Assembly: GCA_965223415.1 (NCBI GenBank)
Contig: OZ245002.1
Coordinates: 1,568,001 to 1,632,000, forward strand
Direction of reading: 5' to 3'
DNA length: 64,000 nt
DNA from: Myxococcota bacterium
GTDB taxonomy: Bacteria > Myxococcota_A > UBA9160 > UBA6930
The translations under genes were made by a program, and so were the position numbers. Below, piece after piece: positions 1 through 9,723 of this stretch (its first letter is position 1; each line of letters starts with the position of its first letter). The notes below the pieces were generated by a model. It was not told the DNA's origin. It was given only the letters and a program-made list of their open reading frames with translations, and ran no database searches.

Positions 1-36
1 CCATCCGGGCGGCGGTCGCGTCCATTCAGGACGAGA

Positions 37-1509
37 TCACTCGTAGTGGAACTCCGCCCCCTTGAGGTCGATGGCGGGAATCTCGTGGCGCTCCGCCCAG
101 TAGTCCTGGGTGTGCTGCCACTCCCGCTTCGGGCCCCGCTTCGGCAGCAGGTGCATGCTTCGCATGAGGTAGTTGGGGTTGAAGTTCTCCGGGTCCATCC
201 AGGGGAGGAGCGGCATTCCCGCGTCCTCGGGCCGGAGCACGGGCTCGACGCGCTTGGCGCCGGTCTCGTCCATGTGCTGGAGCAGCCGGCAGGTGAAGTC
301 CGCGAGGAGGTCGACGCGCAACGTCCAGCTCGCCCGGAAGTAGCCGAAGATCCACAGCAGGTTCGGCACCCCGGTGAACATCATGCCGCGGTAGGTGAGG
401 GTTTGGGAGAAGTCCATGGGCTTGCCGTCGATGGCGAACTGGATGTCGCCGAGGACGCTCAGGTTGAAGCCGGTGGCGGTGACGATGATGTCCGCCTCGA
501 GCTCCTCGCCGGATTTCAGCAGGATGCCCTTCTTCGTGAAGTGCTCGATCTCGTCGGTGACCACGGACGCCTTCCCGGCGGCGATGCCCTTGAAGACGTC
601 GCCGTCCGGCACGAAGGCGATGCGCTGCTGCCAGGGCCGGTACTCCGGGGTGAAGTGCTTCTCCACGTCGTAGTCGTCCGGGAGGTACTCCCTGACCGCG
701 TTGATCAGCTCCTGCTTCATGAACTCGGGCTGGTCGACGCAGAGCTGGGTGATGGCCGCCTGGTCGTGGAGGATCTTGCGGCGCGTGATCTCGTGGATCC
801 AGGACTCGTCGATGTCCAGCACGCGGAGCTGATCGGCCAGCTCGTTCACGTTGCGCCCGGGGATGAAGTAGGTCGGCGAGCGCTGCAGCATCGTCACATG
901 GGCGGTGTCGGCTGCGATCGCGGGAACGAGGGTCGCCGCGGTCGCGCCCGAGCCGATCACGATCACGTTCTTGTCCTGGTAGTCCAGGTCCTCGGGCCAG
1001 GTCTGCGGATGGACGATCTCCCCTTCGAACTCCTCGATCCCCTCCCACTCGGGGGTGTAGCCCTCCGAGTGGCGGTAGTAGCCCTGGCACATCCACAGGA
1101 AGCGGGCCGTGAAGCGAACGGCCTCACCGGTGTCCTGCCGCTCGCCCTCGATCGTCCAGAGGTTCTCCTCGCTCGACCAGCGGGCCGAAGCGATCCGGTG
1201 CTGGTAGCGGATGTACCGGGCGAGATCGTTCTCTTCGATCACCTCGCCCATGTAGGACAGGATCTCCTCCGCCGTCGCGATGGGCGGGCCCGTCCAGGGC
1301 TTGAAGCGGTAGCCGAAGGTGTAGAGATCGCTGTCGGAGCGGATGCCCGGGTACTTGTGCATCAGCCAGGTGCCGCCGAAGCTCTCGAGCCCCTCGAGGA
1401 CCACGAAGGTCTTGTCGGGACACTGCTGGGTGAGGTGGTAGGCGGCGCCGACACCCGAGATGCCGGCCCCGACGATGAGGACGTCGAAATGCTCTGCGTT
1501 GGCGGACAC
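37..1509 (-). CDS. Flavin-containing monooxygenase (Baeyer-Villiger/EthA-like)
   Basis: GAGISG FAD motif, GGTW, YPGIRSDSD, IVHPQTW fingerprint, GSGATA NADPH motif, ATG motif. GTG start at 1509 with GGGGAG RBS. Confidence 0.9.
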   Translation of the reverse strand: MSANAEHFDVLIVGAGISGVGAAYHLTQQCPDKTFVVLEGLESFGGTWLMHKYPGIRSDSDLYTFGYRFKPWTGPPIATAEEILSYMGEVIEENDLARYIRYQHRIASARWSSEENLWTIEGERQDTGEAVRFTARFLWMCQGYYRHSEGYTPEWEGIEEFEGEIVHPQTWPEDLDYQDKNVIVIGSGATAATLVPAIAADTAHVTMLQRSPTYFIPGRNVNELADQLRVLDIDESWIHEITRRKILHDQAAITQLCVDQPEFMKQELINAVREYLPDDYDVEKHFTPEYRPWQQRIAFVPDGDVFKGIAAGKASVVTDEIEHFTKKGILLKSGEELEADIIVTATGFNLSVLGDIQFAIDGKPMDFSQTLTYRGMMFTGVPNLLWIFGYFRASWTLRVDLLADFTCRLLQHMDETGAKRVEPVLRPEDAGMPLLPWMDPENFNPNYLMRSMHLLPKRGPKREWQHTQDYWAERHEIPAIDLKGAEFHYE

Positions 1510-1639
1510 GGTACTCCCCTGTTTTGCCGATTCGTGCAGCAAGCGCTGTACCAGATGGCGCCGTCCGACGGGCGACCTTGGGCAGGGAGCCTGCGGCCCG
1601 AAGCCCCGTAGGAGGAGCGACTGGGACGATCGGCCCCAC

Positions 1640-2431
1640 TTAGCCCTCTTCGGTCGCCCCGAAGGCCGGCGCCTCCTCAATGAGGCGGACCATCCGGCGA
1701 AGTGTGTCCCGCTGGGTCTCCGCGTCGCCGGGGCGACCGACGGTCGCCCCGATGTTGAGCTTGCGGATCAGCTGCCGCGGCGGGCGGGCCGCCCCGGAGA
1801 GCGGCGGCATGACGGAGACGAGGGCGGTGGGGAAGCCGGCCTCTTCGAGGCCGCGTGCGATCAGACTCACGGTCTGATGGCAGACGGGTCACGAGGGCAC
1901 CAGTAGCGCCGCTTCCGCGCCGTCACCTCGCAGCCGCTCGACCAGCGCGGGGATCGTCTCCTGGAGCAGGGGCGCGACGTCGACGACCAGGCCCATGAGC
2001 ACGTGGGTGGTGCGGGCGACCGACCCGATCTCGCCGGCCGCCTCCATCTCGCGCAGCCGGTCCAGGGGAAGGTTGACGTTGTGGTCTTCCTCGGCGAACC
2101 GGTGGTCGTAGCCGGGATGGTGGATCTGGAGCTTTGCCGGGTCCACGTCGATCGGGATCTCCCGGACCTGCGGTGCATCGCCGCCGAAGTTCGGGATCGG
2201 CTTCATCGGCTCCTGCTCGCCGGCGATCGAATAGCCCCCGGTCGTGATCAGGGCGAAGCGGGTCTCGGCTGCGGGCTTGGCGAGGCGGGCGAAGGGATTG
2301 CCCTCGGTCCGATACCACGGGTAGCTGCCGAAGGCTTCCTTCGTCTTGCCCTGCTGGATCATGGGAAGCGCCCGGACCCTCCAGGATTCGAACGTGGGCG
2401 TCCAGCTAGCGAGGCTCGTGGTATCGGACAT
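1640..2431 (-). CDS. Selenoprotein of the glycine/betaine/D-proline reductase B (PrdB/GrdB-like) family, Sec at TGA 1889-1891
   Basis: ATG at 2431 (RBS GGGAGG) reads through ALITTGG, EEDHNVNLPLDRLREM to LLVPS-TGA-PVCHQTVSLIARGLEEAGFPT, in frame with the 1640..1870 ORF. UxxC motif plus downstream hairpin. Confidence 0.88.
1860..1878 (-). promoter_or_regulatory. Bacterial SECIS-like hairpin
   Basis: ATCAGAC-CGTGA-GTCTGAT: 7-bp stem, loop begins 17 nt after UGA, G at loop position 2. Confidence 0.75.
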
Positions 2432-2464
2432 GGGACCTCCCGATGCGTCCGAGCCCGAGCCTAG

Positions 2465-3755
2465 CAGGCTGCGGAAAAACCCCGTGCGACGGGTCGAATC
2501 GGTTGGTACAGGCATACCGGGGGGATGGAGATGCGCGGAACCGATCGAACGCAGTCCACGATGTTCAGCTACGTGTCGCCGGAGGCGCGTGTCCCCGCCG
2601 ATCATCCACTGCGCGTGACGCGGGAGATGACGAATCGCGCCCTGGTCCGGCTGGACGGGAGGTTGCGGAAGCTGTACTCGCGGACGGGTCGGCCGTCGAT
2701 TCCGCCCGAGCACCTGTTGCGGGCCCTGCTGCTGCAGGTGCTCTACTCGGTGCGAAGCGAGCGGATGCTGATGGAGCAGCTCGAGTACAACCTGCTGTTC
2801 CGCTGGTTCGTGGGGCTCGAGATGGACGACCGGGTCTGGGACGTGACGGTGTTCACGAAGAATCGGGATCGGTTGCTTCGGGGAGAGATCGCGGAGGGGT
2901 TCTTTCAGGCCGTGTTGGCGGAGGCCCGCGAGGAGGGGCTTCTGTCGGACGAGCACTTCACGGTGGACGGCACGCTGATCGAGGCATGGGCGGGGCAGAA
3001 GAGCTTTCGGCCGAAGGACGAGGACCGGGGCGGCCGCGGGGGTGGACGGAAGGCGACGGAGCGGGACTTCCACGGTGAGCGTAGGAAGAACGACACGCAC
3101 GCCTCGACGACGGACCCGGAGTCCCGGCTCTACCGCAAGGGGAAGGGGAAGGAAGCGAAGCTGTGCTTCATGGGCCACGTGGTGACGGAGAACCGGCATG
3201 GCCTGGTGGTGGCGGCCAAGACGACGCTGGCCACGGGCACGGCGGAGCGCGAGGCCTCGGTGGCGATGGTGAAGCGGGTGCCACGCGGACGGCGATCGAC
3301 GTTGGGCGGAGACAAGGGCTACGACACGGTGTCGCATGTCGAAGAGCTTCGAGAGCTGGGCGTGACCCCGCACGTTGCGCAGAACGACAAGGGCCGCCGC
3401 AGCGCGATCGATGATCGAACGACGACGCACGTGGGCTACGAGATCAGCCAGCGCAAACGCAAGGCGATCGAGCAGGTCTTCGGCTGGGGGAAGACGGTAG
3501 GCCCGATTCGCAAGGTGAAGCATCGCGGCAAGGAGCGGGTGGGCTGGATGTTCACGTTCACCCAGGCGGCCTACAACCTTGTGAGGATGAGGAACCTGCT
3601 ATGCCCCACGTAGCTTGTCGGGTCGAGTGGAGGGCCCCGTTGGCAGCGAGCCGGGCGTCAACCGGCGGCAAGGCCTCGATTCCGCGCTCCTTTCCTAGCC
3701 AAAGCGCCTCCAAGGCACCGTTCTCTGCGTACCATCGGCGTTCTTCCGCAGCCTG
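2465..3755 (+). mobile_element. IS5-family insertion sequence, 1291 bp
   Basis: Terminal inverted repeats CAGGCTGCGGAAAAAC (2465-2480) and GTTCTTCCGCAGCCTG (3740-3755), 15/16 match. Flanked by CTAG at 2461-2464 and 3756-3759. Single transposase gene. Confidence 0.93.
2525..3613 (+). CDS. IS5-family DDE transposase
   Basis: GRPSIPPEHLLRALLLQVLYSVRSERML, TVDGTLIEAWA, LGGDKGYD, RKAIEQVFGW, AAYNLVRM motifs. Confidence 0.95.
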   Translation: MEMRGTDRTQSTMFSYVSPEARVPADHPLRVTREMTNRALVRLDGRLRKLYSRTGRPSIPPEHLLRALLLQVLYSVRSERMLMEQLEYNLLFRWFVGLEMDDRVWDVTVFTKNRDRLLRGEIAEGFFQAVLAEAREEGLLSDEHFTVDGTLIEAWAGQKSFRPKDEDRGGRGGGRKATERDFHGERRKNDTHASTTDPESRLYRKGKGKEAKLCFMGHVVTENRHGLVVAAKTTLATGTAEREASVAMVKRVPRGRRSTLGGDKGYDTVSHVEELRELGVTPHVAQNDKGRRSAIDDRTTTHVGYEISQRKRKAIEQVFGWGKTVGPIRKVKHRGKERVGWMFTFTQAAYNLVRMRNLLCPT

Positions 3756-4556
3756 CTAGGGCAGATCCTGCGCCTCCACCTCGTCCACGTTCCACCAGGG
3801 GGACATGGCGAACTGGATCGCGTCCCCGAACAGGACGACGTGGCGCGGTGTGGGCTCGACCTTCCCCGCCCAGCGGGTGGTGTCCTCGATCTCGACCTTG
3901 GCCGGGTCGATCAGGGTCGTGCGGGCGTTCGCGAGGCCCGCGTCGTAGAAAGTGCGATCGCAGATGCCGTTCAGCCAGTAGATGAAGTCGTTGGCTTCGA
4001 CCCATTCGGCCGTCGCACGGATCGGCTGGCCGGCCCCGGGCTCGTGGCAGACGGACGCGAAGTGGGAGCCGTCCGCGCAGACGACCTCACTCGAGAGCGA
4101 CCCGCCCTCGAGGCCGTGACGGACCTCCCCGATCCCGGTGAAGATCGCCACCGGATCCATCGAGAATGCGTCCGCCCGGGCTTCGACGACCAGGTAGCGC
4201 GGCTTGCCGGTGGAGGGCTCCCGGACGTAGAGGGACCATTCGGCTCGCAGCCCGTTCGCCAGGCCCGAGACCCGGTAGACGTTGAGGGTGAGGCAGTGGA
4301 AGGGCTCCTCTCCCTCGATGCATCGGATCGGTGCCAGCGGGTGGGGCAGGTCGAGCTCCGCCTCGATCTGACGCTTGCCCTCGGACGTGAGCGCGAAGTT
4401 GAAGTAGACCGAAGGCGGCGAAGCCTCCACCGTGAAGTGGACCAGGGGCTTGTGCCGGCCCAGGAGGATGAGGAACGAATCGCGCAGGTAGAGCTGCGAG
4501 TAGACGAAGCGCTTGATCAGCTTGCGCAAGAGGCGTTGGGATCGGGACAGGCTCAT
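3756..4556 (-). CDS. Hypothetical protein (possibly acetoacetate-decarboxylase-like fold)
   Basis: 266-aa ORF with protein-like composition, overlapping the upstream WS/DGAT stop by 4 bp. The fold guess is weak. Confidence 0.7.
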   Translation of the reverse strand: MSLSRSQRLLRKLIKRFVYSQLYLRDSFLILLGRHKPLVHFTVEASPPSVYFNFALTSEGKRQIEAELDLPHPLAPIRCIEGEEPFHCLTLNVYRVSGLANGLRAEWSLYVREPSTGKPRYLVVEARADAFSMDPVAIFTGIGEVRHGLEGGSLSSEVVCADGSHFASVCHEPGAGQPIRATAEWVEANDFIYWLNGICDRTFYDAGLANARTTLIDPAKVEIEDTTRWAGKVEPTPRHVVLFGDAIQFAMSPWWNVDEVEAQDLP

Positions 4557-6007
4557 GCATCACCTCCGAGCGCTCGATCCAGGGATCCCGATGAGGCCTG
4601 GATCGGGACGTCCGCTTCCAGGGCGAGCTCCTCGAAGGAATCCGCCACCAACCCCGCGAAGCGCCCGAGATCGGGAACCAGGTCGTAATCGGCCGTGAAG
4701 CCCCAGAACACCTGCCCATGATAGGTCATGAGGGCGATCCCGAGCCCGATGTTCTCGAGCAGCGGGACCTTCGGGATCATCGCGAGGAGGCGGGCCCCCA
4801 GCATGTAGAGCGGGACCTGGGGGCCGGGCACGTTCGTCACGATCGTGTTGACGGGACCGGAGGCGAAGCCCGCCCCGAAGGCGAGAGCCTCCGCCGGGGC
4901 GAACTCCGTCGCCGCCATCAGCAGCTCCATCCCCATCGCCTGGCGGGATTCCTTCAGGTGGCGCGTCTCCTGCCGGATCGCTTCGAGCTGGGCCCTTCGA
5001 TCCGCCACGGCCACGGGCAGCTCCACGAACCAGCTCGAGACCCGGTTCCCGGTCTTTTCGTGCTCGTCCTTGCTGCGAAGGCTCACGGGTGTGGAAGCGC
5101 GAAAGACGATGTCGCTGAGGTCGACGCCCTCCTCGAGCAGGAGCGTGCGGAACGCTTGGGTGGCCGTGGCCAGGAATACGTCGTTGACCGTGCAATCGAG
5201 CTTGCGACGGACGGCCTTCACGTCGTCCAGGGACAGGGTCAGCCAGTCGAAGCGGCGGTGCGGGCAGAGCGGGCCGTTGATCGGCGTGTCCGAGCTCTGG
5301 CTCGCCGCCACGCCGAAGAATTCCCGCACCGCGGCGGCGCGGTCGCGGAGCTCGGCGCCCACGTCGCCCACTTCCTCGCGAAAGGCGCGCAGGCCGCGCA
5401 GCGCGCGGAGGGGCAGGCTCGTGTATCGCCAGGCCTCGTCGCGCAGGAGCTCCCGGGGCGTCGGCGCCGGCCGGGGCACCCAGCGCTTGGGCTCGTCCGG
5501 CTCGCCGTCCGGGGTGGGAGAGAGGAGGACCTGCGCCACCTCCACGCCGGCGGAGCCGTCCACCATGCAGTGGTGGGTCTTGGCGACGATCGCGAAGCGA
5601 TCGCCCGAAAGCCCCTCGATCACCCAGGCCTCCCAGAGCGGCTTTCGCCGGTCGAGGTGGTTGGCCATCAGCCGCGACGCGACCCGCTTGAGCTCGGCAT
5701 CCGTACCAGGCTGGGGCAGGCTCACGTGACGGATGTGGTAATCGAGGTCGAAGTGGGGATCGTCGACCCACACCGGGCGATTCTCGATCGGAATCCACTG
5801 GAGCTTCTGGCGATAGCGCGGAAGCTTGTGCAGCACGCCCCGGTAGCCCGCGCGGATCCGCTCGATGTCGATTCCGCCGTCGTCCCGGCGCAGGGGGCCC
5901 GCCTCGAAGATCTCGATGCCCGCAACGTGCATCGGCGTCGTCGGCGTCTCGGTGACGAGGAACGTGTTGTCCATCGCGGAGAGGCGCTCGTAGGCGTATC
6001 GGGCCAT
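4553..6007 (-). CDS. Wax ester synthase / diacylglycerol O-acyltransferase (WS/DGAT)
   Basis: ERLSAMD N-terminus, FDLDYH, PLWE, catalytic HHCMVDG, TVNDV, TNVPGP. Confidence 0.93.
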   Translation of the reverse strand: MARYAYERLSAMDNTFLVTETPTTPMHVAGIEIFEAGPLRRDDGGIDIERIRAGYRGVLHKLPRYRQKLQWIPIENRPVWVDDPHFDLDYHIRHVSLPQPGTDAELKRVASRLMANHLDRRKPLWEAWVIEGLSGDRFAIVAKTHHCMVDGSAGVEVAQVLLSPTPDGEPDEPKRWVPRPAPTPRELLRDEAWRYTSLPLRALRGLRAFREEVGDVGAELRDRAAAVREFFGVAASQSSDTPINGPLCPHRRFDWLTLSLDDVKAVRRKLDCTVNDVFLATATQAFRTLLLEEGVDLSDIVFRASTPVSLRSKDEHEKTGNRVSSWFVELPVAVADRRAQLEAIRQETRHLKESRQAMGMELLMAATEFAPAEALAFGAGFASGPVNTIVTNVPGPQVPLYMLGARLLAMIPKVPLLENIGLGIALMTYHGQVFWGFTADYDLVPDLGRFAGLVADSFEELALEADVPIQASSGSLDRALGGDA

Positions 6008-6087
6008 GGCTCCATGTTGCCTCAGGCCGCTGGGCCACGCCGCGGTGCTAGGATCGGAAAGCGGCCCGAACCGTGAGGAGGTGCAGC

Positions 6088-6657
6088 ATGGCACGCGCTC
6101 CCCGAATCAGCTTCAGCCACCTCGGGATCCACGTACACGACGTCGAGAAGATGACGGCCTTCTACACCGGCTTCATGGGCTTCTTCGAGACCGACCGCGG
6201 AACCCTCGACATGCTCCCGGGCAAGCCGCAGATCGTCTTCCTGAGCCGCGACCCGAACGAGCATCACCAGCTCGCCCTCGTGGAAGGCCGGGAGGACGGC
6301 GGCGGCACGGCGCGAGTGGTGAACCAGATCTCCTTCCACCTGGATTCGCTCGACGACCTGAAGGCCCTGGAGGCCGCCCTCGAGGAGGAGGGCATCGAGC
6401 CCCGCATGCCGATCACCCACGGCAACGAGTGGTCCCTCTACTTCGCGGACCCGGAGGGCAACGGCATCGAGTGCTTCGTGCACACGCCGTGGTACGTGCC
6501 CCAGCCGATCGTCGAGCCATTCGACATCTCGGCTCCGAGCGACGAGATCCTGCGCGAGACCGAGGCCCGCTTCAGCGGCCGCGACGGCGTCAAGCCCTAC
6601 GACCAATGGCGCCGGGATTTCGCGGAGAAGCACGGGCTCGAGTGGAACGAGAGCTGA
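6088..6657 (+). CDS. VOC/glyoxalase family protein
   Basis: SHLGIHV, EHHQLAL, HGNEWSLYFADPEGNGIE. GAGGAGG RBS. Confidence 0.88.
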   Translation: MARAPRISFSHLGIHVHDVEKMTAFYTGFMGFFETDRGTLDMLPGKPQIVFLSRDPNEHHQLALVEGREDGGGTARVVNQISFHLDSLDDLKALEAALEEEGIEPRMPITHGNEWSLYFADPEGNGIECFVHTPWYVPQPIVEPFDISAPSDEILRETEARFSGRDGVKPYDQWRRDFAEKHGLEWNES

Positions 6658-6693
6658 GGGCCGGCAGCGGATCGGCGGTGTAAGCTCGCGCTC

Positions 6694-7431
6694 ATGGCCG
6701 ATCCGATCCGCGCCTACCTCGTCGCCAACGCGCGCTACCACGACACGGACTACGCGCGCCTCCGCCTGCTCGAGCTGCTGGGCGAGTGCGAAGAGATCCG
6801 TACTCGGGTCGCCGACGGCTACTCGAACGTGGATGCCATCGCCGAATCGGACTTCCTGGTGACCTACACCTGCGACCTGCGACCCAGCCCCTCCGAGGAG
6901 GAGGCCCTGCGGGCCTTCGTCTCCTCCGGCGGGCGCTGGCTCGCCCTGCACGGAACCAACGCCTTCCTCGACTTCACGCCGAAGGGCATCGAGTGCCCCC
7001 GCAGCCACGACACCTTCATGAACACACTGGGCAGCCGCTTCCTCTCGCACCCGCCGATCCAACCTCACCTGGTGCGCGTCTCCGATCCGGAACATCCGCT
7101 GGTAAGGGGGATCGAACCCTTCGAGGCCTCCGACGAGATCTACCTGTGCGAGTACTTCGGCGAGGTGAAGCCCCTCTTGGAGACCTCCTTCACGGGAGAC
7201 TTCGGCGGCTACACCCTGGGACACTGGCCCACCGACGAGCCGCGCCTCGTCGCCTACACCCACCCGGTCGGTGAGGGCGAGGTGCTGTACATCACCCTCG
7301 GACACTGCTGCGGCCGCTACGACATGCAGCCGATCCAGGAGGTGGCGGAGGTCGTGAGGGGCTCCTGGGAGAACCGGACCTTCATCGAGCTCCTGCGACG
7401 CGGCCTGCGCTGGGCCCGGAAGGCGCTCTAG
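6694..7431 (+). CDS. ThuA-domain (class I glutamine amidotransferase-like) protein
   Basis: FVSSGGRWLALH, LGSRFLSHPP, HPLVRGI, DEIY, GEVLYITLGH. Confidence 0.85.
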   Translation: MADPIRAYLVANARYHDTDYARLRLLELLGECEEIRTRVADGYSNVDAIAESDFLVTYTCDLRPSPSEEEALRAFVSSGGRWLALHGTNAFLDFTPKGIECPRSHDTFMNTLGSRFLSHPPIQPHLVRVSDPEHPLVRGIEPFEASDEIYLCEYFGEVKPLLETSFTGDFGGYTLGHWPTDEPRLVAYTHPVGEGEVLYITLGHCCGRYDMQPIQEVAEVVRGSWENRTFIELLRRGLRWARKAL

Positions 7432-8345
7432 AGCCGGGCCTCGTCCGGCGACCAGGCCAGGGGGAAGACCCCCGGGAAGTCGCTGAGCGGCTGTCCCGTC
7501 TTCGGCCGGTGGGCGTAGAGATCGATCGGGTCCGGGATCACCTGCCCGAGCCGGTGCAGGTAGTGGACGTCGTGTCCGGCCCAGAGCGAGGCATGGGCGC
7601 GGCGCGGCCCGGGCATGGTCACGCCGCCGAGGGCCGAGTGCAGGATGTGACCGTGGAAGAGGAGCACGTCACCGGGCGCGTAGTCCCACCCGAGGATGTC
7701 GTAGGAATCGCGGTGGGCCTCGATGTCGGGCACGGCGGGCAGGCTCTTGTCCTTCACGCCGGCGAAGTAGTGCCAGTCCTCGTACGACTCGACGCCTAGC
7801 ATCGGCTCGTCCGGGACAGCGGCCTCGAGCATGGCGCGGGCTTCCGGATCGGCGTCCGGATCGCGCCCGGCGAGCGGGCTGTATGTGACGTTCCACAGGT
7901 GCGATCCGCGCACGACCTCGATGCTGATCTCGCGCGGCACGCGGTCCGGACACACCCAGGCGCGGATCAGATCGTGGCCCGCGAGGTTGTAGTAGCAGGT
8001 GTCCTGGTGCCAGGGCGTGGGCAGGATCGGACCTGCGGGCTTGTAGAAGAGCTGGTCCATGTAGAAGCGGACCGGGCTCGCGAGGACGCGGCCGACGATC
8101 TCGGCGACCGGCGACTCCTCGACGATTCGCCGCAGCGCCTCCGATCGGCGGGCGGGGAACTGATCGACACGGAGCGTGCCGAGGTTTTCGGAAAGGACGT
8201 CGGGCTGGGCGTTCGCCTCCTCGAGGCCCTCGGCCGCGAGATCGACCCACTCGTCCGAGAGGATGCCCTCGAGCAGGAGGGCCCCGTCGCGGCAGAAGGC
8301 CCGTGCCTCCTCCGGGGAGATCGGCCGCAAGGGCGCGGCTCTCAC
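7428..8345 (-). CDS. Phytanoyl-CoA dioxygenase family Fe(II)/2OG oxygenase
   Basis: TPWHQD, VRGSH, PGDVLLFHGHILH (HxD...H triad). Confidence 0.88.
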   Translation of the reverse strand: MRAAPLRPISPEEARAFCRDGALLLEGILSDEWVDLAAEGLEEANAQPDVLSENLGTLRVDQFPARRSEALRRIVEESPVAEIVGRVLASPVRFYMDQLFYKPAGPILPTPWHQDTCYYNLAGHDLIRAWVCPDRVPREISIEVVRGSHLWNVTYSPLAGRDPDADPEARAMLEAAVPDEPMLGVESYEDWHYFAGVKDKSLPAVPDIEAHRDSYDILGWDYAPGDVLLFHGHILHSALGGVTMPGPRRAHASLWAGHDVHYLHRLGQVIPDPIDLYAHRPKTGQPLSDFPGVFPLAWSPDEARL

Positions 8346-9658
8346 GCGCCGGACCGGTCCGAGGCGGCGGCGAATCCAGCCGATCCCCGGCGCCCGCCGC
8401 GACGTGCCCTACCCGCGGCGCTCCGGCGCCGGCTGCGGGCGTCTGCGGAGCGCAGCGCCGCGGCGCTGATGCGCGCGATGCGCGAATCCCCGAACGGCGT
8501 ACCGAGACCGGCGTTCACGATCAGCCCGACCGCCAGCTCCCGGCTGGGATCCGCCCAAGCGCCCGAGCCCCCGAAGCCGAAGTGGCCGAAGGCGTGGCGG
8601 GGACTGCCGATCGTCGTGAACACGCCGTGGTATCCGAGGCGCCAACGCATGTCGAACGGGATCACCGCGAGCCGGCCGGAGCCGCGCTGGCGGTGGATCG
8701 CGCGTCGGAGTGTCTTCTGGGAGAGCAGGCGAACGCCGTCGATCTCTCCCCAGCCGGCGAGCGCTGCATACATGCGGGCCAGGGAGCGTGCGGTGAACAG
8801 CCCGTTGGCCGCGGGGATGGAGGCGCGCAGCGTCTCGTCCGCGCCGAAGTCGAAGTGCTCGATGCCCCGAGGCGCCAGGGAGTCGACGATGCTCTCGACG
8901 TCGAGCTGGAGATTCAGCAGACGCGCGCCGCCCTCCAGCCCCGCCGCACTCATACGCTGGAGGGGCCTCCACACCCGGCTCGGGAGCCTGGGGATTCTCC
9001 CGCGCCGGCGCGGCCACAGGAGCTGGGCCGCGCGGTGGAGCTCCTCGGCAGGCGTTCCCACGTACATGCCGTCGAGGGCGAGGGGCTCGGCGAGCTCGTG
9101 CCGCACGAGCTCCGCGAACGAAGTGCCTGTCACCCGCTGGAGGATCTCGCCGACCAGGTAGCCGTAGGTCAGGCCGTGATAGCCGGTCCGCCTGCCCGGC
9201 GGATGCGCGGGAGGTGTCCGCTCGATCGCCCGGATCATGTAGTCCCAGTCCAGCATGCGATCCGCGTCGTCTATCATCTGTCGGATGTGGTACAGACCGG
9301 ACTGGTGGGAGAGCACGTGCCGGACGGTCACGTCCTGCTTGCCAGCCTCCGCAAACTCGGGCCAGTAGCGCGCCACCGGATCGTCGTAGTCGAGGAGCTC
9401 CCGGTCGACCATCATGTGGAGGAGCGTGGAGGCCACTCCCTTGGTGGTGGAGAAGCTCGGCGCCATGGTGTCGGCCTGCCAGGGCCGACCGTCCTCGTCG
9501 CAGACCCCGCCCCAGAGGTCGGCGACGCACTCGCCCCGGTGGTAGACGCAGACCGCCGCTCCGCCCGGCGTGCGTGCGAGCTGCTCGCGCAGCGTGCGGG
9601 CGATGCGCCCGAAGCGAGGATGAAGATGACCGTCGATCTCGGGCAGCTTGAAGGCCAT
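8342..9658 (-). CDS. Serine hydrolase, beta-lactamase class C / esterase family
   Basis: FSTTK (SxxK), YWPEF, LSHQSG, GYHGLTYG, FGHFGFGG. Confidence 0.9.
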   Translation of the reverse strand: MAFKLPEIDGHLHPRFGRIARTLREQLARTPGGAAVCVYHRGECVADLWGGVCDEDGRPWQADTMAPSFSTTKGVASTLLHMMVDRELLDYDDPVARYWPEFAEAGKQDVTVRHVLSHQSGLYHIRQMIDDADRMLDWDYMIRAIERTPPAHPPGRRTGYHGLTYGYLVGEILQRVTGTSFAELVRHELAEPLALDGMYVGTPAEELHRAAQLLWPRRRGRIPRLPSRVWRPLQRMSAAGLEGGARLLNLQLDVESIVDSLAPRGIEHFDFGADETLRASIPAANGLFTARSLARMYAALAGWGEIDGVRLLSQKTLRRAIHRQRGSGRLAVIPFDMRWRLGYHGVFTTIGSPRHAFGHFGFGGSGAWADPSRELAVGLIVNAGLGTPFGDSRIARISAAALRSADARSRRRSAAGRARRGGRRGSAGFAAASDRSGA

Positions 9659-9723
9659 GCACGGGAGAATAGGCGGTTTCCCGCGGATGGGCCTGCGCGC
9701 GCGATCGCAGAGAGCGGCCGGAG

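Noticed and set aside
1889..3523. 544-aa ORF in the track
   Set aside because: Artefact: the antisense frame of the transposase runs into the real gene that starts at 2431.
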